Assembly: GCA_964016885.1 (NCBI GenBank)
Contig: OZ024762.1
Coordinates: 26,040,001 to 26,104,000 of the forward strand
DNA: 64,000 bases
From: Eledone cirrhosa
Taxonomy: Eukaryota
Direction of reading: 5' to 3'
Below the pieces are notes generated by a model that did not search any database, had not been told where the DNA came from, and saw nothing but the letters and a program-made list of their open reading frames with translations. Position 1 is the first letter of the stretch. Each line of letters starts with the position of its first letter. The position numbers were made by a program, and so were the translations under genes. This document shows positions 13,340 to 26,304 of this stretch, piece by piece.

Positions 13340-13660
13340 CTTCAACTCATGGGTTTAGCCTTGCAGGATCGATAAAATAAAGTATCAGTAATGCAATGGG
13401 GTCGATTTAATCGACTTTTTCCCGTCACCTAAAATTGTTGGCCTTGCACCTAAATCAGAAACTATTGGCAGTATTAGTAGAACATCGGACACCATGCTTT
13501 GCTGTCTAGAGTTACGGCCCTTTGCGTCAAATCCCACTGAGGTTAGCTTTGCCTTTTATCCTTACGCCGTCAATAAAATAAAGTACCAGCAACACACTGG
13601 ATCCATTTAATCGACCTTTCCCTCCCCTTCAAATTACTGGCCTTGTGCCCATACTAGAAA
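13340..13660 (+). mobile_element. Older, diverged family A SINE copies
   Basis: gtcgatttaatcgac, ggccttg and gcctttt..atcc motifs. Confidence 0.7.
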
Positions 13661-13687
13661 TCATCATTATTATTATTATTATTATTA

Positions 13688-16600
13688 CAGTTGCATTTAT
13701 CTTGCTTTATGTTCATACGAGTTATCACCAAGTCACAACCAGTGACCTCAAGAGACAACAAGGTCCGCCATGTTCAAGAAAGAACATACATATTCACACA
13801 TGCATCTTTAGTGTTTAGACTTGTGATGTACTTATATTGACAGAATCTTCCTTAGTATATGGGCAGTTCCCATTAGTACTTTCTTTTGTATTTCTCTTAT
13901 ACGCGGGTTTCCTGGGATTTGCGATAAGTAATCATTAGACCCCTTAGGTATCATTCCCAGAGCGCCTACAACCACTGGTATTGTTTTAGTTCTCAATTTC
14001 CACATTTTTCCAATTTCTATCTACAGGTCCTTATACTTGCTCAATTTTTCAAATGTTTTTATAGATACATTCTTGTCTATTGGAACAGACATATCAATTA
14101 GCAGGCATACCCTCTTTTGAAAGTCTTTCAATATTATATCAGGTCTGTTTGCATCTATTTTTCGGTCTGTTTGGATGCTAAAGTTCCACAAGATTGAGAT
14201 GTGATCTTTTTCAAGTATGGGAGGTGGTTGATGCTCCCACCAATTCTTTTGATGGGGCAGGTCAAAATGCTTACACATTATCCAATGTATGTATTGTGCA
14301 GCTCTTTCATGCCTGTTTAGGTATTCGGTTGGAGCTATAGGACTGCACATTGAAATTATATGGTCAATGGTCTCTGGTTCTTGTTTGCATACACGGCATA
14401 ATGGGCTGCACCCATTTTTTATTATGTTGGCTTGGTAATTTTTTGTTGGCAGACACTGATCTTGTGCCGATATAATCAGTCCTTCAGTCTCCGATTTCAG
14501 TCCAGAGGATGCCAACCACTGATGGGTTAAAGTTTTGTCAACATCAGGATTGTTAGCTCGCTCTGGGTATTTTCCATACAGAGGCTTTTCTTGCCATTTC
14601 TTAGCCAGTTTCTGTAGCAGTTCTTTCTTTGCAGTTACTTTTACCTGCTTTGCTTTTTCTGTGTTTTCCATTTCAGCAGTAAATGGGACTTCTGAAATGT
14701 GTAGTCCATTACTGTATCTTTGTGCATCTTTTGTAATGGAATATGATCTTTTGATGCTTTCGTGTTTCAAAACGAGTTTGATCATCCAATCATGCGATTA
14801 CCTTAGATATGTAGATAATCCAATTGTTGCAGTTTTCAACGCAATGTCTAACTGGATTAACCCACGTCCTCCTTCTTTCCTAGGGAGATATATTCTATCT
14901 ATATCTGCCTTAGGGTGATGCATTCTGTGCATGGTTAAGAATTTTCGAATTTATGTATCGAGCCTACGGATCTCTGTGCTTGACCAGTTGATGACATTGT
15001 AACTGTAGGTTACTACTGGTATGGAAAGCGTGTTTATGGCATCGATCCTATTCCTTGCATTCAATTCCGTTCTTAAGATTGCTCTTACTCTGCGGTAACA
15101 TTCCTTCCTTATCCTTTCCCTCATTGTCGAGTGCTTGATTCCGTCTCCTTCACAAACACCTAGATATTTGTAAGTTTTTTCTTGATCACGTTCCCCCGAT
15201 CAAGATTAATGTCTGAACTCTTCAGCAGCTTTCCTCTGGTGAACGTTGCTTTGGCGCATTTATCCAGTCCAAACTCCATTTTAATGTCATCACTGAACTG
15301 ATCCACAGTGGATAATAGCCTTTGCAATTGTTCATCATTTTTTGCAAATAGTTTCAGGTCAACCATGTAGAACAAGTGATTAATGGTTTTGTCATAGACT
15401 TTATATCCATGTTTTGTTTCATTGAGCTTAATGGTATAAGTGCGATGCAGAATAAAAGCGGTGATAAAGAGTCACCCTGAAAAATTCCACAATTAATATT
15501 AACTTCTCCAGCTTCCAGTGATTTTGTTTCACTATTCAAAAGGAGTGTCGTTTTCCATGTCTTCATACTGAATGACAAAAACCTCCTGACAACGGGGGAT
15601 ATTTTGAAAATCTCTAAACATTTTTCAATCCAACTGTGTGGCAAACTATCGAATGCTTTTTTATAATCTATCCAAGCAATTGATAGATTTTTGTGTCTAT
15701 TATGACAATCTTCCAGTATCATTTTGTTAACCAGAAGCTGATCCTTACAGCCATATGAGCCTCGTTTACACCCTTTCTGCTCAATGGGAAATAGGTCATT
15801 TGTTATCAGGTGGTCATATGTATATTCAGTTAGGACTGATGTTAACATTTTATACATTGTGGTCAAGCAAGTTATCGGTCTGTAATTTTTGGGATTGTTT
15901 GTCTCATCATTCTTCGGAAGCAGGAATGTAATGCCGTTAACTAGCCATGATGGTATCTTTTCTGGCTCCTTAACTTTTTCATTGTAAAGTTGGGCTAACA
16001 GCTCATGAGACTCTGTGAAGGCATTTATCCAAAAATTTTGTATTTTGTCTTTTCCTGGGGATTTCCATTTGCTGGTTTTTCTTAGAGCCAAGCACAACTG
16101 TTCAACTGTTATATTTCCCCATATTTGTTCATCAAGGTGAGCTGTATCTTTCATTTGTCTGTCTATTCATGGGGCATGTATGTTATGAACTTTTTCTTCG
16201 GCCCAGATCTTTTCCCAGAATTCTTGCACTTCCTCCTTGGGTGGTATTGATTTAGCAGTTATTGATGACTTACCAATTTTTCTGTAGAAGTTTCTTTGGT
16301 TGTTTTTGAACATATTATTGTCCTTATAGAATCTAGATCGTTTTTCAAAGCGCCTTATACGAGCAGCTTTGGCCGACACTTTTTGCTTGATTATTTCTAT
16401 CAGCATGTCTATGTCATTTGTTGATTTTATACTGTACTTTCTTTTCAATTTTCTGAGTTTAGTTTGTTTAACATGTTCACCTACTTTATAGTTTGTTAAA
16501 ATTTCTATGTCAGATCGGAGAAGGTTTATTTGGCGATTGATGTTCTCTTGCCAAGTAGATTTCTTGTGGGAATTCCTTTGTTTTTTCATCTTCACTCCAC

Positions 16601-17625
16601 ATAAGTGAGTGGTGACTTTAGCCGATGCATAATAGAGATGATTTAAATCAGTAATGTTTAGTTTGTTTGTGATGATAATGTTTTTGAGAATTATGTTAGT
16701 CTTGTGTATTATCTTTTGGTTCTGTTTGGAGTTCTGGATCTTAGGGAGGGTGTCTCGTTGCCTCATGTCAGATTCTTTTATTTTCATCCATTCGATCATA
16801 ATTTCATCCTTCAAGTTGGCAAGTTCATTCTCATTCATTTCTTTATCATTTACGATCTCATTATTTTCATTTGGAGTTTCATCTTGAGCATACACTCCCT
16901 CCACTTTTTCGATCCTTTCTTTAATTTGTTCTGTTGCCAGTGATTCCGCCACAACCCTGGGATTCGAAGTGTTACAATTTACCTCGTTTTCACTGACACA
17001 TGTTTCATTTTCCCTTCGCTGACTTTGTGCTAATAGCTTGATCTGATCAATTTCTATATCAGTTAGTCACTTTTTTTTTACAATATTTCTTCGTATATTG
17101 GCTAGTTTGTTACTGTCAATATAGCCTCTGTTTTCGGGATGTTTCTTTTTCCAGTTGATATATGTCTGTTCTGTAGTCGATGTATTTGATGGGTAGTACA
17201 TGGCAGTGTAGAAAGCCTCAAGGACTTCTTTATTATCTTCCCTTGACCATTTTTCTCTCTTTTTCTTTGGATTTCTTGGTGGTGAGCATGGAGGGCCAAC
17301 AGTAGGAGTATTCCGGTTATGGGAGGTCTCCAGCTCCGAAGTGATGGGAAGGTTTGAACCATTAGCTTATTTTTCGACCCCAGTCTGGTTCCTCTCTGAG
17401 GGACGCCGCCCTTTTTTATCCGGGTAACGGCCGATCCGGTATGAGATTTTAACATTAGACATTTACTTTATTTTGTCGCGTTTTATCCTTATCCGCCAAG
17501 GGGTAATCATTTCGTGTTACCACTTCTAGAACGAGTGTCAACCAAGACTAGAAGGGTCGTTCTCCCCTAGAGACACGGCTATTCCCCGCCGGCCGCCATC
17601 CCGGTATTTCTTGGTCACGGGGTTT
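13688..17625 (-). mobile_element. Near full-length RLE-type non-LTR retrotransposon (R4/Dong-like), disrupted by frameshifts and stops
   Basis: ORF pieces: KSPGKD, NYRPITCL, EQKG, DYKKAFDS, GIFQGDSLSPLLF, YMVD (degenerate YMDD), CRVC..ETIDHIISMC zinc knuckle, RHE, RPDIIL, IDMSVP, KLSKY; 3' end abuts (TAA)n. Confidence 0.92.
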
Positions 17626-17882
17626 TCTTTTTTGTTGTTTTTTTAAATTGTTATTATCATGAGTGGTTTCTTAATGTGAGCATTGCGTGGCTTAAGAATG
17701 AAATTATTAATAATTGTCTCCACTCCAGACACAAGGCCAGCAATTACCCAGTGCATTACAATAATATAATATACTTTTTGCTGAAGTTGGCTGTTATTGT
17801 TGTTGGCTATGTCGGTGGTGGTGCTGGGGCTTTTGGGGCTTTTTTATTATTATTTTTATTATTATTATTATTATTATTATTA

Positions 17883-18672
17883 CAGTTGCATTTATCTTGC
17901 TTTACGTTCATACGAGTTATCACCAAGTCACAACCAGTGACCTCAAGAGACAACAAGGTCCGCCATGTTCAAGAAAGAACATACATATTCACACATGCAT
18001 CTTTAGTGTTTAGACTTGTGATGTACTTATATTGACAGAATCTTCCTTAGTATATGGGCAGTTCCCATTAGTACTATCTTTTGTATTTCTCCTATACGCG
18101 GGTTTCCTGGGATTTGCGATATGTAATCATTAGACCCCTTAGGTATCATTCCCAGAGCGCCTACAAACACTGGTATTGTTTTAGTTCTCAATTTCCACAT
18201 TTTTCCAATTTCTATCTACAGGTCCTTATACTTGCTCAATTTTTCAAATGTTTTTATAGATACATTCTTGTCTATTGGAACAGACATATCAATTAGCAGG
18301 CATACCCTCTTTTGAAAGTCTTTCAATATTATATCAGGTCTGTTTGCATCTATTTTTCGGTCTGTTTGGATGCTAAAGTTCCACAAGATTGAGATGTGAT
18401 CTTTTTCAAGTATGGGAGGTGGTTGATGCTCCCACCAATTCTTTTGATAGGGCAGGTCAAAATGCTTACACATTATCCAATGTATGTATTGTGCAGCTCT
18501 GTCATGCCTGTTTAGGTATTCGGTTGGAGCTATAGGACTGCACATTGAAATTATATGGTCAATGGTCTCTGGTTGTTTTTTGTATACACGGCATAATGGG
18601 CTGCATCCATTTTTTTATTATGTTGGCTTGGTAATTTTTTGTTGGCAGACACTGATCTTGTGCTGATATAAT
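17883..18672 (-). mobile_element. 5'-truncated second copy of the same RLE LINE, inside (TAA)n
   Basis: Nearly identical to 13688-14475; (ATT)n on both sides; ORF 18216-18545 has RHD and RPDIIL. Confidence 0.93.
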
Positions 18673-18683
18673 CATTATTATTA

Positions 18684-18739
<56 letters not shown>

Positions 18740-19059
18740 TGCCGCTAATGTTATGGAGGCAGAGTATTTCAACTAATGGTGTATGGAACGCCGTAATATA
18801 CCTTCCTGTCTACAAATTTTAAATAACACACACTTTCCAAATTAAAACATTTCCTTACTCTTAAAATTCATCAGCGATTTTATCGTAATTTTCTCTAAAT
18901 TTTATCATTTAATTTTATTGTATTTTAATTTATTTTTTATTTATTTATTCATTTATTTATTTGTTTGTTTGTTTGTTTATTTTAATACTATTCCATTTTT
19001 AAACCGGAACTTGTTCGAATCTTGTTAGAATTATGCTTGAAGCTATATCAGATACATAT

Positions 19060-20585
<1,526 letters not shown>

Positions 20586-20714
20586 TACAGCCGTAATAAC
20601 AAAATCGACGACAACAATAACAGCAGCAATAATGGTTTTGAGGGTTGGAACAAATTTAATGTTTCCCTCGCTACAACCCCCTCTCTCCGTATATATATAT
20701 ATATATGTGTGTGT

Positions 20715-20757
<43 letters not shown>

Positions 20758-20910
20758 TTGTGTGTGTGTGTACATTTTTAAAATTTGTTTTGCAAGATTT
20801 CTTATCTGAAACGGAGGGTCATGCTGCCATTAAAAACACACGCACCTTTGGTTTCACTTCAATTTATTATTCGTTGGTTGGTGCGATAACTAGATGGTTG
20901 TTTATATATT

Positions 20911-20953
20911 GTCAAAGTTCTTTCGTCACACATTCTGTAACCTCCTCAGTGAC
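20911..20953 (-). ncRNA. Type I hammerhead ribozyme motif
   Basis: Reverse complement: gtca CTGAGGA g gttaca..tgtgac GAAAG aa CTT tgac. Confidence 0.7.
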
Positions 20954-20989
20954 TAGGTTTTTATTTTGTGTCTTCCTTTTGTATCTCTA

Positions 20990-21292
20990 ATGATGCAAAT
21001 GGGGCAAGTACAATATGCATCACTAGAGATCGTAAAAAATGATGTAAATGGGACTTTCCCCATGTATAGGAGCACATTTTGGAACAGAATAGAAAGGATC
21101 AGGAATAAGGCAAATAAAATAAACTCTCGGTATGATAGCTATAAATACCAAAGTGTAACGTTTGTCAATAAAACCCCTAGAGGCGAACTAGCTTAGAGAT
21201 TTAGAAGGGCTCTAGACAAGCTCAAATTAAATATTAAGACAGTTGAAAGACCAGATATTGCCATAAAAACCCTAATTAGTAAAACATCTGTG
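20990..21292 (+). pseudogene. Penelope-like element ORF fragment (region C-terminal to RT)
   Basis: PMYRSTFWNRIERI..SVTFVNKTPRGELA*..NIKTVER resembles the PLE post-RT linker; adjacent inverted HHR-bearing segment. Confidence 0.55.
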
Positions 21293-21402
21293 TTTGTGTA
21301 ATGCTCAGCCACTTGCACTCTCATTTCATGAACAGGCTGTTCTGCTGATTGGATCAACTGGAACACTCCTCGTCGTAACCGACGGAGTGCCTTCTATTCC
21401 AT

Positions 21403-21454
<52 letters not shown>

Positions 21455-21457
<3 letters not shown>

Positions 21458-22137
21458 AATAATGGAGCTGCGGCGCTGCAAATGGGTTACATATGAAAAA
21501 GTTTGTCCTCATCAGTGGCCTTCCAACCGTCGTAGGCATTTCGTCGCATTAAAGGCCATATACCTCAGGTTGGTGCGAGCAACGGATAAAAAAAGTCGTT
21601 GGGACACGTAAATAAAGGGGACGCTAGGGTAAACAAACAAAATGGTTTAAGCAACAGAAAGTGAAGAAGAAAGAAACAAGTCCCAGATTTCTATGAATAT
21701 AAATTCGGTGGAATCGTGAACGAGAGAATAAAGACCATCAAACCTGGTTGAAATGTGAGAAAGGAAGGAATTTCGCACAGGTCTAACGGGAGGAAGAAGG
21801 GGTCTGGTCTGCGAATTCGGTAAACATAAGTTCTGTGAAGTGGCAGACGAGAGAGAGAGAGAAAAAATTCATACCGGCTTGGCCAAGTGTCCACGAGAAA
21901 AGGATTACGGACAGGTCAAACGGGAAGAAAGGGGAGGAGGAGAGGTAGTGACAGAGAGTGAGTGAATCACTTTCTGTTGCTTAAACCATTTTGTTTGTTT
22001 ACCCTAGCGTCCCCTTTATTTACGTGTCCCAACGACCGACTTTTTTTAGCCGTTGCTCGCACCAACATGAGGTATATGGCCTTTAATGCGACGAAATGCC
22101 TACGACGGTTGGAAGGCCACTGATGAGGACAAACTTA

Positions 22138-22143
<6 letters not shown>
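21455..22143. mobile_element. ORF-less PLE-pLTR-like fold-back in (TA)n carrying permuted hammerheads
   Basis: 21490-21663 is inverted at 21968-22143; homologous to 26305-27640. Confidence 0.8.
22057..22127 (+). ncRNA. Non-circularly permuted hammerhead, variant B (second copy 21508-21578 on -)
   Basis: tcgca ccaaca tg aggtat A | tggcctt taa tgcga c GAA atgcct acgac ggttgg aaggcca CTGATGA g. Confidence 0.75.
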
Positions 22144-22173
<30 letters not shown>

Positions 22174-22365
22174 TATTCTCCGATTTCTTACTTTCCCACG
22201 TGCTTACGCTCTTCTAAATTCTCTAGCCCACTAAATATTAACACTTCGAATATTTAATACTGCCGGCACTAGTATCGAACACCTTTGGCATACGCTACTT
22301 GGCAAATAACTATATGTATCACCTATCTTCCCCCCCTTTTTTTTCTCTCTCTCGATGCGTAAATA

Positions 22366-22412
<47 letters not shown>

Positions 22413-22561
22413 CATTTTCTAAAAAACAAATCATTCACAAAACGCCGGCACCAACAGTTTTGCAAGAGAAGTCAACATGGATGGACCTATTATTTTTATC
22501 TAAAGACATTTTTCCAACTCCATCCCGCCCGTCCCCTTAATCTATTTTATTTCTCATTCTT

Positions 22562-22597
22562 TCTTCTGATGAAGGACTAGCGTCCGAAACGTTAAGA
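22562..22597 (+). ncRNA. Minimal type I hammerhead ribozyme motif
   Basis: tctt CTGATGA a ggac tagc gtcc GAA ACGT T aaga. Confidence 0.75.
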
Positions 22598-22844
22598 CCC
22601 TCTTCCTGGTATATCAAGCGTTAACCTAATGTATCTCTTCCATATACTGTACCCATTGTGTTGTTATTTCTGTTTACCTTTTACATATATATGTATGTGT
22701 ATATATATATATATATATATGTGTATCATCGTCATCATTTAACGCGCCCGCTTTGCTTACAAGCATTGCATTTTATGTAGATGTGTAAATATGTATGTAC
22801 GTATATATGAATATATATACGTGTGTGTGTAGGTGTATGTATGT

Positions 22845-22914
<70 letters not shown>

Positions 22915-23188
22915 ACACATATGTACACCCACACACACACACACATACAATATATATATACACACACACACATATATATATATATGTATATATATATATT
23001 ATAAAGTGAAATGAGGGGAGGCCAAATACGTTGAATTTCCTTAACTTTTTTATTTCTGCAAACACTATACACACACACACGCACAGACACACACACGCAC
23101 AGGCACACACACGCACAGACACTCATACACCAACACATACACCCACACACTCACAAATACATATAAATATATATATATATATACACAT

Positions 23189-23223
<35 letters not shown>

Positions 23224-23750
23224 GAAATATACAACAACAAAGAGTAACATACGGGCCATATACAATTCACATGACGTTAAGAAATGATTTGAAAATCTGG
23301 AGCAGCTAATTGGCAATCAGACCGAAGAAGTGATCTTTTCTTCATCGATTAATCTCGGAGGTTGCCCTAGAAATAGAAAGGAAGATAATTCAATGGCCCT
23401 ATTTATTTTTTCACAGATGAGATAAGATGCTAATATTATAAATATCGTATTAGGTCTGTCCGTGACAGGCATACAAAAAAATATGAGGATAGAGGAAAAG
23501 ATATGCTGTGCGGCGATTATTAAACAGGTCCCTATATACACACATACATGTATGTATATATGTATGTAAGTATGTATGTATTATAAATATTTGTGTATAT
23601 ATATATATATAACACACATATATATATATATATTGGGTCATCAAGTATGACATTTGTAGAAATTTATAGAAGAAAAAACAAATTCCTACAAATTTCATAC
23701 TTGACGAACCACTGTATATATATATATATATGTACACACACACTCACACG

Positions 23751-23825
<75 letters not shown>

Positions 23826-24083
23826 GTATATATATATATGTATATATATATGTATATAAATATATGTATATATATGTATATATATACATATATATATATA
23901 TGTATATATATACATATATTATAAAATAACAGGAGGCTGGACTGGTGTAATTCATTAAAGGTTTATTATACTTTAATCTGTTATTTTAACAAATATTTGC
24001 TCTACGGTTCTTATATATTTGATATATATTTATCCTTATCGAGCCCTCTTTGGATTTTAGGCTTCAAATTTATTATTATTACT

Positions 24084-24149
<66 letters not shown>

Positions 24150-24195
24150 GTATATATATATATATACATATATACAAATATATATATACATATAT

Positions 24196-24260
<65 letters not shown>

Positions 24261-24283
24261 TACACATATATATATACATATAT

Positions 24284-24374
<91 letters not shown>

Positions 24375-24377
<3 letters not shown>

Positions 24378-25060
24378 TTATTAAAATGACAGATTAAAGT
24401 TTAAGCAAAGAATCGCTACTTTCACCCTTAACGGGATCTTCTGAAACTAAAAAATCAATCTGTGAACGCAGAAGTAAATATTTCGAAAAACGTTGCAACT
24501 GAAGGAAGACAGGAAGACGATACTTTGGTTCTTGGAGATGTTCCCTGGCAAAGAACGAAAAAACCCCCACAAAACCATGTTTATGGTATAAATGAAGTCG
24601 TAGACTAAAATTTTGGTTGACGTACGTTTAGTGAACATATGTGTATTTACCTGTAGTTCCTTCGGTTTCCTAAATAGAATTTTAGTCTACGACTTCATTT
24701 TTACCATAAACGTGGTTTTCTCTTTGTGTGTAATTGTTTTCAGCGCTCCACATAATGACGTATTATCTTCGCTTTTTTCCCGTTCATTGCCAGGGAACGT
24801 CTCCTGGAACCAAAGTATCTTCTTCCTCTCTTCCTTCGGTTGCAACGTTTTTCGAAATATTTACTTCTGCGTTCACAGATTGATTTTTTTAGTTTCAAAA
24901 CATTCCGTTAAGGGTCAAGGGTCAAAGCTGCGATTCTTTGCTTAAACTTTAATCTGTAATTTTAATAAATATTTGCACTACGGTTCTTATATATTTGATA
25001 TATATTTATCCTTATCGAGCCCTCTTTGGATTTTAGTCTACAAATTTATTATTATTACTA
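24375..25060. mobile_element. Fold-back pair of pLTR fragments of the PLE family at 42570-44970
   Basis: 24375-24612 is inverted relative to 24678-24968; homologous to 44460-44970. Confidence 0.8.
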
Positions 25061-25357
25061 TATATATAGTATACAAAGATCGGAATTAAGAGTATTCCGC
25101 AGTTCACTGTAATAATAATAATACTATTAGCTCAAAGAAGAATAGATAATTTCCTTCTGAGCTCAAATGCAAATATATTACACAAAGAGAAGTGTGTTAC
25201 ACAGTGTGATGTGTGTAAAGAATTATTACAAGTGAGTTTTACCGTTACTGTATAGAGAACAATATCTACAGGTTTAGCAATTAAATAGAAAAAAACTAAG
25301 TCAGAATCAAATCTCTGAATTAGAGTTTTAAATTACCAACCTTATAACTATAAGTTT

Positions 25358-25428
25358 GCTGATATGAATCTCGCTTCGTTTCACCACTGATATGTGCAGT
25401 ATAACAGGTCACAGGATCCTCAGCCAGC
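25358..25428 (-). ncRNA. Type I hammerhead motif, one mismatch in stem III
   Basis: Reverse complement: gctgg CTGAGGA ... GAA ACGAA gcgaga TTCAT A tcagc. Confidence 0.55.
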
Positions 25429-25704
25429 AAGTGTGGACACTGTTCACGACACATCTAACCTCATGGATAGGGAGAAGGCTAATATACACGCTGCCCAGAG
25501 TAGATTATATATGTATGAATGAAGTAATTCCGTCGGAAAAGTCCAGGAAAAAAGAGTGCTCTATGTAGGTTACAGAGCTTAATAATTATGTAATAAGCAA
25601 CATAAGATAATAATCATCTCATGTTGTTTATTACATAACTATATATATATATATATATATACCACTACCTAAATGTATAAATACCAGAACTTAATATGAC
25701 TCCC

Positions 25705-25755
25705 AGCTTCCTGAAGATTTCATCTGAATGAAACAGTACTAGTCCTGTAGAAGCT
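25705..25755 (+). ncRNA. Type I hammerhead ribozyme (GUA site)
   Basis: agcttc CTGAAGA tttcatctgaat GAA ACAG tactagtc CTGT A gaagct; stem I covaries with the copies at 57724 and 58485. Confidence 0.82.
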
Positions 25756-25810
25756 CCTTCTATACAATAAATAAATATATATATATATATATATATATAT
25801 GACAAGTAAG

Positions 25811-25879
<69 letters not shown>

Positions 25880-25888
25880 GTGTGTATA

Positions 25889-25971
<83 letters not shown>

Positions 25972-26041
25972 GAAAAAGAGATGAAATCGAAAATGCAACT
26001 GGAGTCTTATTTAAAAAAAAAATATATATATTTATTTGGTT

Positions 26042-26079
26042 CCTTTACCGGTTTCGCAGTTCTTCTGCTTTTCAAAAGG
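26042..26079 (-). ncRNA. Minimal type I hammerhead, C3U/G8A core variant
   Basis: Reverse complement: cctt TTGAAAA gcag aagaa ctgc GAA ACCGGT A aagg. Confidence 0.75.
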
Positions 26080-26304
26080 TGAGTTGAGATGGAGGGTCTG
26101 TGGTTTTTCTCACAGAAAAAGCAGAAGAACTGCGAAACCGGTAAAGGAACCAAACAAATATATATATTTAAAAAAAAAAATAAGACTCCAGTTGCATTTT
26201 CGATTTCATCTCTTTTTCTTTATACTTTCACTCGTGTAGGACACCTCGGTTATTTTTCAATTTGTAAAAAAACCTCACTTTCTAATATATATATATATAT
26301 ATAT

